From assembly GCA_963716725.1 (NCBI GenBank), contig CAVQUB010000003.1, positions 224,001 to 288,000 on the forward strand: a stretch of 64,000 bases of DNA, read 5' to 3'. Positions 9,687 through 18,851 of the stretch are shown in pieces. The stretch is from an uncultured delta proteobacterium (GTDB lineage Bacteria > Myxococcota_A > Polyangia > Polyangiales > Polyangiaceae). The notes beneath the pieces are model-generated. The model worked only from the letters and a program-made list of their open reading frames with translations. It did no database searches and was not told the DNA's origin. The translations under genes and the position numbers were made by a program. How positions within the stretch are numbered: position 1 is the first letter of the stretch; each line of letters begins with the position of its first letter.

Positions 9687-10592
9687 GGGGTCTGGGTCCG
9701 TCGCTGAGCTGGAATGAACCGGATCCAACAGGGCAAAAGCCGCGCTCGTGTGGTCGCCCTCGGGCTCGACCACCCGCACGATGCTCGGGCCCTCCAGGGC
9801 TTGGCCGCCGAGCGTGCGCAGGGCTGGCCGCTTCGGATCTTGGTTCGGCTCGGGGCCGACGACGCCCTGATCACGACTCGTGAGCTCGACCACGGTCCCC
9901 ACCGGAATGGCTCCAATGGCTCGCGCCAAGAGTCCGAGGGCGACGTGGTCAGCCCCTGGCTCGCTGCAGAGCTGACGGAGCGCCGTGAAGGGGGACAGGG
10001 CCTCATCACGCGTCTTGGGCGATACGCGCACGAGGAGCGCGCGACAGGCGACGATGATCCGGGACAAGAGGCGCGGAGAAATCTCGCCCTGGTAGAGCTC
10101 ACCCAGCCGCGGACGCTCGAGCCAGGCGACCTCGAAGGCGCTGAGCGCCGCCCACTGCCGAAGCTCGGATTTGGGCCCCGTGATGGCGAGCGCGACCGTC
10201 GCTGCCGGAGCCAGCACGTCGAGGGAGTCCGGCAGCTCACTGAACACATTCAGGTCGATGTCCGTTCCCGACGCCAGGCGCGCCCGCCCCGAATCCACCA
10301 GCAGCGCGGCGAGCACGGCGCCGACTGTGGCGGTCTCGGTCGCTCCCGCACGCTGCGCCACACGCGCGGCGATGAAGGCACACTGCACCGCGCGCGACGG
10401 GTCGTCATTCGCCGCGGCAGCCAGCGGCACCGCGATGGTGAGCGCCGGATCGTGCGCCATGCGCGCGATGCAACCAGCGACGTGGTCGAGCTCTGCGAGC
10501 GGGGGCTCGTGCTCGGCCAGCCGAGCAAAGCAGTGCCGCGTGGCGACCACAGCGCTCGCGTACAGCTCGAAGGCCAGCGTCGCGTCGGTCAT
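9684..10592 (-). CDS. Degenerate HD-GYP-like domain protein
   Basis: ATG 10592 overlaps upstream TGA; LLVDSGR in place of LLHDIGK; RLLSRIIVACRAL; C-terminal ALSPFTAL...IPVGTVVELTSRDQGVV typical of HD-GYP tails. Confidence 0.65.
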   Translation of the reverse strand: MTDATLAFELYASAVVATRHCFARLAEHEPPLAELDHVAGCIARMAHDPALTIAVPLAAAANDDPSRAVQCAFIAARVAQRAGATETATVGAVLAALLVDSGRARLASGTDIDLNVFSELPDSLDVLAPAATVALAITGPKSELRQWAALSAFEVAWLERPRLGELYQGEISPRLLSRIIVACRALLVRVSPKTRDEALSPFTALRQLCSEPGADHVALGLLARAIGAIPVGTVVELTSRDQGVVGPEPNQDPKRPALRTLGGQALEGPSIVRVVEPEGDHTSAAFALLDPVHSSSATDPDP

Positions 10593-12988
10593 CGACGCGC
10601 TCGTTGATTCGCGCGACGCTCCTGGACCGCGTCGCGCGCGACGAGCGCCGCTCGTCGAACTCGATCGCTGGTGCCCAGGTGCCGCCCTGCGTGGTGGGTC
10701 AAGGTCTCGAGGGCCGCGTCGGTCTTGCCGATCTCGCCCAGCGTCGCGGCGGCCAGAGCGCGCGTCTCCTCGTGGGCGCCGAGGCTCAGCAGCTTCTTGT
10801 GCCCGAGGATCTCGATGGCGATGGCCTCGGCCCGGGCCGGGGCCAGGACGGCCAAGGCGTGAAACAGCGCGCGGCGTTCCTCGATCTCGAGCCCGTCGAA
10901 GTGCGCAGATTTGAGCCGCAGCGCCACAAATGGGGCGGCGCACCGGACCTCGTGATCGGTCAGCGCGCGCAGGACGTGGATCCGTTCGATGGCCAGCCCG
11001 TCTTCGAGGCGAGCCTTGAGCTCGAGGCGAAGGGCTTCGCTCGTGGAGCCGCTCGCGCCCAGCGCCTCGATGCGAACCGCTGGGTGAGGACTCTGCGCCG
11101 CTGCTTTCAACGCTTCCAGGGAGGCAAGGGTCTCGATGCCCACGAGCAGCCGTACGACCTCGACCCCGAAGCTCGGCTCCGCTTCCCGGGCGAGCTCTCC
11201 GAGCGCGCGCTCGTGACCCGTGAGCTCCGATTCGAGGTGGTGTCGCACCTTGGCGTGCAGCGACAAATCCGAGATCTGAACCAGAGTGTTGGCGAGCACC
11301 GCAGCAAACTCGGGGCCAAGCGCCGGCAAGAGCGCCCCGAGCGCATCCAACGCGGTCGCGCTGGTCCCGTGAACACCCAGCCGCGCGAACAGCGAGCGCA
11401 CGAGCTCTGGTGGCGCGACGGCAGCCAGCACGCGCTGGCGCTCCGCCAGGAGCATGGCCGGTGGCGCACGCACCGAATCGCCGAGCTTCACCAGGAGATC
11501 CAGCGCCGCCGCGGGCCGGGAACTCGCGGCGGCCTCGAGGTGGTCACGCAGTGCGGGGCCGAAGGCGGCGAGGGTGGGGGCGAGGGCCGCGCCTTCGAGC
11601 GAATTGGAGATGACGCTCAGTAGACGGTCGGGCGACCGGGAGTCCACGGCGGCGAGCTCGTGCGCGAGGGCGCTGGTCGACTCGTCGTTCACCGCGAGCG
11701 CCGCGGTGATGACGGCAAGATCCGATTCGAAGGAGCTTTCGTCGAGCGGTGCTCCGTTGGGCGCAGCACGCCATTGTCGCAGCTCGAGGCCGGAAAACAC
11801 CTCGTCGCGCAGCGCCGCGAGCGCCGAGCCGCCCGCGAGGACCGCCAGCGGATCCAAATCGGCGGGCAGCGCGGCGCGGTGAAAGGTCCGGCGGCGGGCG
11901 CGCGGCGCGCCGCGTGGCGGGGTCGTGCTGCGGCGGGAGGGAGTGACGCCGGATGGTGGCGGGGGAGCGGACTGGCTCGCAGCTGGCGGCGGCGCGCCCG
12001 ACACGGGCTGCACGTTGCGCGCGGACGGGGACCGCGACGCCGGCATCGATGCGGGCGTCCGCTGCGGGCTCGCGGGTGGGACCGAGCTCCAGCTCGGATC
12101 GCCTTGCGGCGGTTGGGTCAGGCGCGCTGGATCCAGCATGGCGTGACTGCCCGATTCCGAGGCGAGAGCGCTCGCCAGAGGATGAGCGTACATCACCTCG
12201 CGCGTGTCGCTCGCTTGCTTCATCGCGGCGCGCAGCGTGCCCGCATCGGCAAAGCGCTGACCTGGGTCGATGGCGAGCGCGCGGTCCAACAGCTCCACCA
12301 AATCGCGCGGTGCGCGGGAGGTCACGTTCTCCAACGAGCGCACGCGCTCAGGATCGCGGAGCTCGCGCGGGCTCTGATCGGTCATCAGTGCGAAGAGGAC
12401 CGCCGCGACGCCCCACAAGTCGCCGCTGACGCTCGGCGCGCCGTGCTCCTGCTCGGGCGCCGCAAAGGCGCGATCGGCGGCCACTCCGAGCGCCACTCGA
12501 AGGCGTGCCTCACCAAAGCCGATGACGTGGACGCTGCCCCGGTCATCGAGCAGCACGTGCGAGAGCGACAGCGCGCCGTGACACACGTCGCGAGCATGGG
12601 CGGTCCCGACCAGCTCGACGAGCTCGAGGGCGATGCGCAGGGCCTCTGAAGGAGGGATCCTTCCCCGGCGTCGCTTCGCCAGCTGGCTCGCGCTCTCACC
12701 GAAGATCAGCGGCATCACCACGCCGGGAAGCGCTCCGCCGATGAAATCCACGGGGGCGACGACCTGCGGGTGGGCCACGTCGTCCGCGACCCGGAGCGAA
12801 GTCAGCATCTCCAAGGTGGGCCGGAGCTCGGGGTGAATCAGCTTGACCGCCGCGATCCCCGAAGGGTGCCCGTCGGCGACGTAGACCGCGCCCACGGCGC
12901 CGACGGCGAGCAGGCGGCTCAGCCGCAACCCGCCGTCCAGCTCGGTCCCGACTCGTGCGCGGGGACCCTCCTGATCTCGCTCCGGCAA
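10589..12988 (-). CDS. Ser/Thr kinase-like (pseudokinase) domain + Pro/Ser linker + HEAT-like repeats
   Basis: LAVGAVGAVY, AAVK, APEQ, DLWGVAAVLF, RALAIDPGQRF; catalytic HRD reads HGA and DFG reads GFG; helical repeats such as SPHPAVRIEAL, ETRALAAATLG. Confidence 0.85.
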   Translation of the reverse strand: MPERDQEGPRARVGTELDGGLRLSRLLAVGAVGAVYVADGHPSGIAAVKLIHPELRPTLEMLTSLRVADDVAHPQVVAPVDFIGGALPGVVMPLIFGESASQLAKRRRGRIPPSEALRIALELVELVGTAHARDVCHGALSLSHVLLDDRGSVHVIGFGEARLRVALGVAADRAFAAPEQEHGAPSVSGDLWGVAAVLFALMTDQSPRELRDPERVRSLENVTSRAPRDLVELLDRALAIDPGQRFADAGTLRAAMKQASDTREVMYAHPLASALASESGSHAMLDPARLTQPPQGDPSWSSVPPASPQRTPASMPASRSPSARNVQPVSGAPPPAASQSAPPPPSGVTPSRRSTTPPRGAPRARRRTFHRAALPADLDPLAVLAGGSALAALRDEVFSGLELRQWRAAPNGAPLDESSFESDLAVITAALAVNDESTSALAHELAAVDSRSPDRLLSVISNSLEGAALAPTLAAFGPALRDHLEAAASSRPAAALDLLVKLGDSVRAPPAMLLAERQRVLAAVAPPELVRSLFARLGVHGTSATALDALGALLPALGPEFAAVLANTLVQISDLSLHAKVRHHLESELTGHERALGELAREAEPSFGVEVVRLLVGIETLASLEALKAAAQSPHPAVRIEALGASGSTSEALRLELKARLEDGLAIERIHVLRALTDHEVRCAAPFVALRLKSAHFDGLEIEERRALFHALAVLAPARAEAIAIEILGHKKLLSLGAHEETRALAAATLGEIGKTDAALETLTHHAGRHLGTSDRVRRAALVARDAVQERRANQRARR

Positions 12989-13012
12989 CGACAGTGCCCT
13001 CCCCCCGTCCCG

Positions 13013-14392
13013 TCAGCGCGCGCGCAGCGCCTCGGGCAAGAGCTCGAAGTACTTGGCGAAGGTCTTGATGCCGCCGGATGCCTGTCCCCAATCGAAGTAC
13101 TCGTTGGGCGCGTGGTAGCCGTGGTCCGGCAGCGAGAGGCCGACGAGCTGGATCGGACACCGAAGGTGGCGCTGCATCGTCACCACGGCCCCGATGCTGC
13201 CACCCTCTCGAACGAACGCCGGCGACTTGCCGAAACCGAAGCGGAGGGCCCGACTCGCGACCTCCGTGAGCCGCCCCGCAGCGTTGCCACGAAACGGAGC
13301 CAGCGCGCTCTGTCGCTCGACGACCACGTCGGGGTTCAGACGCTTCACCTCGGCCTTCAACAGCTCGAAGGCTTTGGCTGGGGTTTGGTTCGGGACGAGC
13401 CGCAAGCTCACCTTGGCTTCGGCAAAGGGCGGCACGATGGTCTTGATGCCTCGCCCTTGGTAGCCGCCAGCGATGCCGTGCACCTCGAAAGAGGGCCGGG
13501 TCCAGATGGCCTGCATCACTTCGAGCGCGTCTGAAGATCGCAGCGAACGCAGACCGTAGACCTTCTTGAACCGGGACACCGAGAAGCCTGCGCGCGCGAA
13601 GGACTCGAGCTCCGCCCGAGTGGGCTTCACGACGTCGTCGTAGAAGCCCTTGATGCGGATCTTGCCTGTGCCTCCATCGTGGAGCGCGGCGATGACGTTC
13701 GCCAGCTCGACCATGGGGTTGCGTGCCGCGCCGCCCGTCAGGCCCGAATGCACGTCCTGCGTCCCGGTCTCGAGGCGCAGCGTCGCGCCCTGCAACCCGC
13801 GCAGTCCCGTGGACACGACCGGCTTGCCAGGGGCGAGCCAGACCGTGTCGGACACCACGACCAGATCCGTGCGCAGGGACTTGGCGTGTTGCTTCATGAA
13901 GCCCTCGAAGTTCGGGCTCCCGATCTCTTCTTCGAGCTCCCAAATGAACTGGATATTGAGGGGTACGCCGGCGTTTCGCGCGAACGCCGCGGCGTGCAGC
14001 ACCGCCAACGCCGGCCCCTTGTCGTCCGTCGCGCCACGCGCGTAGTAGCGGTCGCCCTCGATGGACATGCGAAAGGGCTCACGCTCCCAGGCGTCTCCGT
14101 CAGCGGGTTGCACGTCGAGATGGTTGTAAATGCTCACCGTGGGCTGCTTGCGGTCACTCACGAACCGGCCCACGACCACTGGGTTGCCACGTGTCTTCAG
14201 GATCTCGGCGCTGCCGCCCAGCCTGACCACCGCCTTGGCCGCGGCTTCGGCGCCTCGCGCGATGTCAGGGCGATGCTCGGGGGCAAGGCTGATGCTCGGG
14301 ATCTCGACCCACCGGCGCAGCTCTGACTCGTATTTCGATCGCACGCCGCGCACGTAAATGTCGAGCGCCTTCGGATCGATGCCGACAACCAT
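13013..14392 (-). CDS. M20/M25/M40 metallopeptidase (dipeptidase-like)
   Basis: YNHLDVQP, ARGATDDKGP, ELEEEIGS, DVHSG, REGGSIG, HAPNE. Confidence 0.95.
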   Translation of the reverse strand: MVVGIDPKALDIYVRGVRSKYESELRRWVEIPSISLAPEHRPDIARGAEAAAKAVVRLGGSAEILKTRGNPVVVGRFVSDRKQPTVSIYNHLDVQPADGDAWEREPFRMSIEGDRYYARGATDDKGPALAVLHAAAFARNAGVPLNIQFIWELEEEIGSPNFEGFMKQHAKSLRTDLVVVSDTVWLAPGKPVVSTGLRGLQGATLRLETGTQDVHSGLTGGAARNPMVELANVIAALHDGGTGKIRIKGFYDDVVKPTRAELESFARAGFSVSRFKKVYGLRSLRSSDALEVMQAIWTRPSFEVHGIAGGYQGRGIKTIVPPFAEAKVSLRLVPNQTPAKAFELLKAEVKRLNPDVVVERQSALAPFRGNAAGRLTEVASRALRFGFGKSPAFVREGGSIGAVVTMQRHLRCPIQLVGLSLPDHGYHAPNEYFDWGQASGGIKTFAKYFELLPEALRAR

Positions 14393-14496
14393 GCGGCGCA
14401 TCCTAGCAGGTCGGTCTCGAGTTCCGCGCGCAGATTGATCGCCTCGGATCGCCGGACGCGACACGTCGATCCGCTGACCGACGCCCTGGTTGCCGC

Positions 14497-15516
14497 TCAG
14501 GGGCAGTGCCACTTCAAGCCGCTGCCGTCATAGCGACAGCGACAGTACGAATTTGCGTACGGACACAGCGCTTGGCTGTCGCTACAGGCGCTCTCGGCAG
14601 CCGGCTTCGCTGTCGGGCAGGTCAGGCAACTCCAGTTGGTGGTCGTGCCGCCGCACCCGCAGGCGTTGTTGCCGTAGTTGCAGGTGTCATCGTAGCCGTT
14701 GCAGTTGGCTCCGTCGTTCGGCTCGCTCTGCGGGCACGGGTTGCAGTGCCAGGTCCCACCCCAGCAAGTGCACTGGTTGTTGCTGTACTTGCAGATCGTC
14801 CCAGGAGCGCTGCACGACGAGTTGTTCTGCGGCGCAGCGGGCGAACACGCGCTGGTCGTTCCACCGCTGCCACCCGCGCCGCCGCTGCCGCCCGCGCCGC
14901 CGGTCGTTCCACCGCTGCCGCCGGTCGTTCCTCCGCTGCCGCCGGTCGTTCCACCGCTGCCGCCGGTCGTTCCACCGCTGCCGCCGGTCGTGCCTCCGCT
15001 GCCGCCGGTCGTTCCACCGCTGCCACCGGTCGTTCCACCGCTGCCACCGGTCGTGCCGCCGCTGCCGCCCGCGCCGCCACTGCCGCCCGCGCCGCCCGCG
15101 CCGCCACTGCCGCCCGCGCCGCCACTGCCGCCCGCGCCGCCGCTGCCGCCCGCGCCGCCGGTCGTTCCACCGCTGCCGCCGGTCGTTCCACCGCTGCCGC
15201 CGGTCGTTCCACCGCTGCCGCCGGTCGCGCCGCCGCTGCCGCCGGTCGTGCCACCGCTGCCGCCGGTCGTTCCACCGCTGCCGCCGGTCGTGCCACCGCT
15301 GCCGCCGGTCGTGCCACCGCTGCCGGCAGACCCGCCCGTCGCTCCGCCGGAGCCACCGGTGTTCCCGGAACCGCCAGCGCCACCCGTGGCGCCGCCGCTT
15401 CCCCCGGTGTTCGAACTGCCTCCAGTTCCGAACTGGAACTCTTCGTAGTCGTTCGAACAGGCAACGGCCAGCGCGACGGTCGCGCTGACAACCCAAAGCG
15501 TGCGACGTCGGATCAT
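14497..15516 (-). CDS. Lipoprotein with long Gly/Thr/Ser linker and Cys-rich C-terminal repeats
   Basis: Lipobox AVAC; about 190 aa of GGSGGTT/GGAGGS; three CP-x-P...C...C-x-Y...C-x-C...W-x-C repeats. Confidence 0.85.
   Translation of the reverse strand: MIRRRTLWVVSATVALAVACSNDYEEFQFGTGGSSNTGGSGGATGGAGGSGNTGGSGGATGGSAGSGGTTGGSGGTTGGSGGTTGGSGGTTGGSGGATGGSGGTTGGSGGTTGGSGGTTGGAGGSGGAGGSGGAGGSGGAGGAGGSGGAGGSGGTTGGSGGTTGGSGGTTGGSGGTTGGSGGTTGGSGGTTGGSGGTTGGSGGTTGGAGGSGGAGGSGGTTSACSPAAPQNNSSCSAPGTICKYSNNQCTCWGGTWHCNPCPQSEPNDGANCNGYDDTCNYGNNACGCGGTTTNWSCLTCPTAKPAAESACSDSQALCPYANSYCRCRYDGSGLKWHCP
14854..15325. repeat. Coding tandem repeats of 21 bp (GGSGGTT) and 18 bp (GGAGGS)
   Basis: Repeated ccggtcgttccaccgctgccg and ccgcccgcgccgccactg units. 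Confidence 0.95.
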
Positions 15517-15537
15517 GGTCGAACCTTGGATCAGATT

Positions 15538-15553
15538 CGCACGCCGCGCGCCA
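15538..15553 (-). promoter_or_regulatory. Possible sigma54 promoter TGGCGCG-N4-GTGCG
   Basis: GG-N10-GC spacing, about 22 nt upstream of ATG 15516. Confidence 0.45.
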
Positions 15554-15595
15554 AAGTGCCAGCTACGTCCGCTCGCACCTCGGAGCACACGGTCG

Positions 15596-17488
15596 CTATT
15601 TCTTCTTCATGGTGGGGGGCGGGAGGGGATCCGGCGGCGGCGGCGGCGGCGGTCTGAAGCCGGTGTTCGTGGTGGTCGGCGGCGGAGGTGGATCCATGGG
15701 CGGCACCAGATCCGGCGGTGGCTGCGCGAACTCCGACGCATCCGGCTTGGGCTGGATCTCGAGGGCCTGACCCGCGTCTGCCAGGACGGGCGGGCCTTCG
15801 TGCTGCTCGCGCATGTGGGGCGGCGGCAGCGGATCGGGCGGCGGCGGCGCCAGCGGATCACAGGCCAAGGGAGTGAGCGCGATGGCAGCTGCGGCGGCCG
15901 CGCCCCAGCGCGGAACCGCGCGGGTCCTGGCCACGCCATGCACCGCACTCGAGATGGCGTGACTCACCTCGGCGACGCGGGCTCCAAGGGAGCGGTTCGC
16001 GCGCTCGACCTCCTCGAAGACAATGCCCGAGAAATCGTCGAAGGCCGCGGCATCGAGCGACGGCGGCGACTCGGCAAAATCGACGATCTCGTTCATGCGC
16101 GCCACCGAGTCCAGGTTCACCTGCCGGATGGTTTCGATCGTGCGAGCATGGAGCGTCGAGGTCCGCGCCTTCGGATAAAACTGCCGCAGCAAGTGCCAGT
16201 AGTAGCCGAGCGACAGGTTGCTGTTCATCAGCCCGTCGCAACGGAAGTTCCGATCGAGGAAGGTCCTCGCGAAAATGCGAAAGGCGCGCTCCGCCGCTGG
16301 GTCGCTGATCTCGTAGTCCCACCCGAAGACGTCGCCCACCAGCCGCTGCTCGCGCGCGAGCTTCTGGTGGAGCGGCGTGCCCGGGTAGATCTCGGTTCGG
16401 CAGAAGTTCATCGGCACGTCGGCGTTGCGCTTCAAGAAGGCGAGGCTCTCGCGCAGCGACCGAATGCGGGTCTCCGGATCGAAGATCAGCATGTTGAAGC
16501 AGGCGTAGACGTCGATCTCGCGCAAGAAATCCAGGGCGCGTTGGTTCTGCGCGATGTCCACGCCGCGCCCGAGAGTCTTGAGCCCCTGGGTGCTGCCGGC
16601 CTCGATCCCGATGTACATGCGCAGCAGCCCGATCTCCCGCAGCACGCGGAACACCTCGGTGTCGAGATCGTCGGGACGGGCTTTGAGCACCAAGGCGACG
16701 TCGTTCACACCACGCCGCCGGAATGCGTCGCGCAAGCTCGTGACGCGCGCCAGGTCGCGGACGGCGTTGCGGGTGAAGAAGTCGTCATCGTGAAACACGA
16801 GCATTCGTGCGCCGCGCTCGCTACGCACCGCGGCGACCTCGTCAGCGACGTTGTCTGCGCTGCGCGAGCGGTAGCGCTCTCCCCCTGCGTCGGCGATGTA
16901 GGCGTGGATGCAGCAGAAGGTGCAGTGGCCATAGCAGCCTCGGGTACCCACCAAGAACGCCGCAGGGATGCCCATGTGCAGCTGCGGCTCCCCGGTACGC
17001 ACCGGGAAGTGAATCGCGTCGAGGTCCGATGCCAGCGGCCGAGGCGGGGCTGCGTAGATGCTGCCATCCGGCCGGCGCTGCACCAGACCGGCCACGTCGT
17101 CCAGTGACGCACCGAGCCGCTCGCACAACTCGACCAGGGTCGACTCGCCCTCGTGTCGCACGACGCTGTCGATGCTGGGAAAGCGCTCCAGCACCTCGCG
17201 ATAGGCAAAGGTGGGGAAGTGCCCGCCAACCGTCAGGTGTCCCGAAAAGCCTCCGTCGCGCAGGCTTCCCGCGAGCTGCCCAAACTCCTCGGCACGCCGC
17301 TGAAACGTCATCGACAAGCCGATCACGTCAGGCTCGAAGCGACGCGCGGCCTCGTGCACCGTCGCCGTGTCCGCCGGCGATGAGAAGGGCGCCAGCTCGC
17401 TGCGATGCCCGGCCGCATCGAGCGCCGACGCGAGGTAACGAATCGCCAGGTTCTCCTCCAACTCCGACCCCACGAGCAGCACTTTCAT
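15596..17488 (-). CDS. Cobalamin-dependent radical SAM enzyme with C-terminal lipobox and Pro-rich tail
   Basis: B12-binding domain (ENLAIRYLAS, PDVIGLS, VGGHFPT, HEGE); TRGCYGHCTFC (CxxxCxxC); FHDDDF; YIGIEAGS; YPGTPL; tail AIALTPLACDPLAPPPPDPLPPP... Confidence 0.93.
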   Translation of the reverse strand: MKVLLVGSELEENLAIRYLASALDAAGHRSELAPFSSPADTATVHEAARRFEPDVIGLSMTFQRRAEEFGQLAGSLRDGGFSGHLTVGGHFPTFAYREVLERFPSIDSVVRHEGESTLVELCERLGASLDDVAGLVQRRPDGSIYAAPPRPLASDLDAIHFPVRTGEPQLHMGIPAAFLVGTRGCYGHCTFCCIHAYIADAGGERYRSRSADNVADEVAAVRSERGARMLVFHDDDFFTRNAVRDLARVTSLRDAFRRRGVNDVALVLKARPDDLDTEVFRVLREIGLLRMYIGIEAGSTQGLKTLGRGVDIAQNQRALDFLREIDVYACFNMLIFDPETRIRSLRESLAFLKRNADVPMNFCRTEIYPGTPLHQKLAREQRLVGDVFGWDYEISDPAAERAFRIFARTFLDRNFRCDGLMNSNLSLGYYWHLLRQFYPKARTSTLHARTIETIRQVNLDSVARMNEIVDFAESPPSLDAAAFDDFSGIVFEEVERANRSLGARVAEVSHAISSAVHGVARTRAVPRWGAAAAAAIALTPLACDPLAPPPPDPLPPPHMREQHEGPPVLADAGQALEIQPKPDASEFAQPPPDLVPPMDPPPPPTTTNTGFRPPPPPPPDPLPPPTMKKK

Positions 17489-17600
17489 GCGCGACCTCCC
17501 AGGCGGTGAGTCTGCCAGACTTCAATCGATCTGGAGGTCCAATAATGCGGTGGCGCCGGAGACGCGCTCGACCCACGCGGGCCTGTGCTATTTTGCGCTG

Positions 17601-18830
17601 ATGCGCGGTCGATTTCTGGGTGTTGCTCTGTTCACGCTGTCGAGCCTGGCGAGCGCCTACGACGAGAACCACGTGTTCATCACCAATCGCGGTGGCAACA
17701 ACGTGCTCGAGCTCGACGAGAACCTGACCTACGTCAAGAGCTGGTTCGACGGGGCGGCCCTCAGCGTGCCCAACGGCATGGCCTTCGATCCTCTCGACCG
17801 CCTCTACTTGGCCGACACGGGCAACGACCGCATCGTCGTGTTCGACGACAAGGGCGCCGTCGTCACGACCTGGGGCACGAAGACGCTCTTGGCGCCGCAG
17901 GTCGAGAGCTTGAACTTCAACGCGGCGGGCAGGTTGTTCGCCAGCGCCAACCCAGGCAACGGCACGGTCGCAAGCTGGAAGAACGACGGCAGCGACCAGA
18001 AGGTGTTTGTCAGCGACTCGTCCTACCTGAGCCTGGGCAACGTGAACTTCAGCATGGGCGGCAACGTGCTGCTCGCGGACTTCTCGGGCTCCCGCGGCGT
18101 GCGCGAGCTGAACCCAACGACCGGCGCGCTCATCACCGAGTTCGGACAGGGCACGAGCAAACACGAAGACATGGTCGTCGACGCCGACGACAACGTCTTC
18201 GTCTCGGCGTTCACCCAGAACAAGATCCTGAAGTTCGACGCCACGCGAAAGCAGGTGGGAACCTATTCTCCTCCGGGTTTGGTTCAGCCCACTGGCATCG
18301 TCTTGACCGCCGGCTGCAAGCTGCTCGTGGCCTCGTTTGGCACCCACGAGATCTTCGAGCTCGACTATGACGGCACCTTCATCAAGAAGTTCACGGTTCC
18401 CGGCTTGTCGCTGCCCGAGAGCTTGGTGATCGCGAAGCTCTCGGTGGCCGGATCGATTTCCCTCGGCAAGGCCGTGCCGGACTGCGAGGGGCCCGACGGC
18501 GGCAGCGGTGGCGCGAGCGGCGGCGCCGGCGGCAGCGCGGGCAGCGGTGGCGCGAGCGGCGGCGCCGGCGGCACCGCGGGCGGCGGCGGGGCGGCCGGCA
18601 GCGGCGGCGCCAGCTCGGGGGGAAGCGCCGGCAAGGGCGGCGGCTCCGCGGCGACGGGTGGCGCGGCGAGCGGCGGCGCTCCGGCGAAGGGCGCCACGAC
18701 CTCCGACGACGATGGCGGCTGCGGCTGTCGCGCGGCCCGATCAGATCCGCGTTCGAGCCTCGCCAGCGCCTTGATGCTGCTCGGGGTGGCGCTCTTGCGC
18801 CGGAAGCGCTCGCGTCTCGACGCCGAGTAA
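17601..18830 (+). CDS. Secreted NHL-type beta-propeller protein with Gly-rich linker and MYXO-CTERM-type sorting signal
   Basis: Signal peptide; PNGMAFDPLDRLYLADTGNDRIVVFD NHL repeat; ends DDDGGCGCR...ALMLLGVALLRRKR. Confidence 0.88.
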   Translation: MRGRFLGVALFTLSSLASAYDENHVFITNRGGNNVLELDENLTYVKSWFDGAALSVPNGMAFDPLDRLYLADTGNDRIVVFDDKGAVVTTWGTKTLLAPQVESLNFNAAGRLFASANPGNGTVASWKNDGSDQKVFVSDSSYLSLGNVNFSMGGNVLLADFSGSRGVRELNPTTGALITEFGQGTSKHEDMVVDADDNVFVSAFTQNKILKFDATRKQVGTYSPPGLVQPTGIVLTAGCKLLVASFGTHEIFELDYDGTFIKKFTVPGLSLPESLVIAKLSVAGSISLGKAVPDCEGPDGGSGGASGGAGGSAGSGGASGGAGGTAGGGGAAGSGGASSGGSAGKGGGSAATGGAASGGAPAKGATTSDDDGGCGCRAARSDPRSSLASALMLLGVALLRRKRSRLDAE

Positions 18831-18851
18831 AAGTCGCGCGAGGCTCGGCGC

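Noticed and set aside
14854..15325. CRISPR array
   Set aside because: Units are contiguous with no unique spacers and encode Gly-rich protein; no cas genes.
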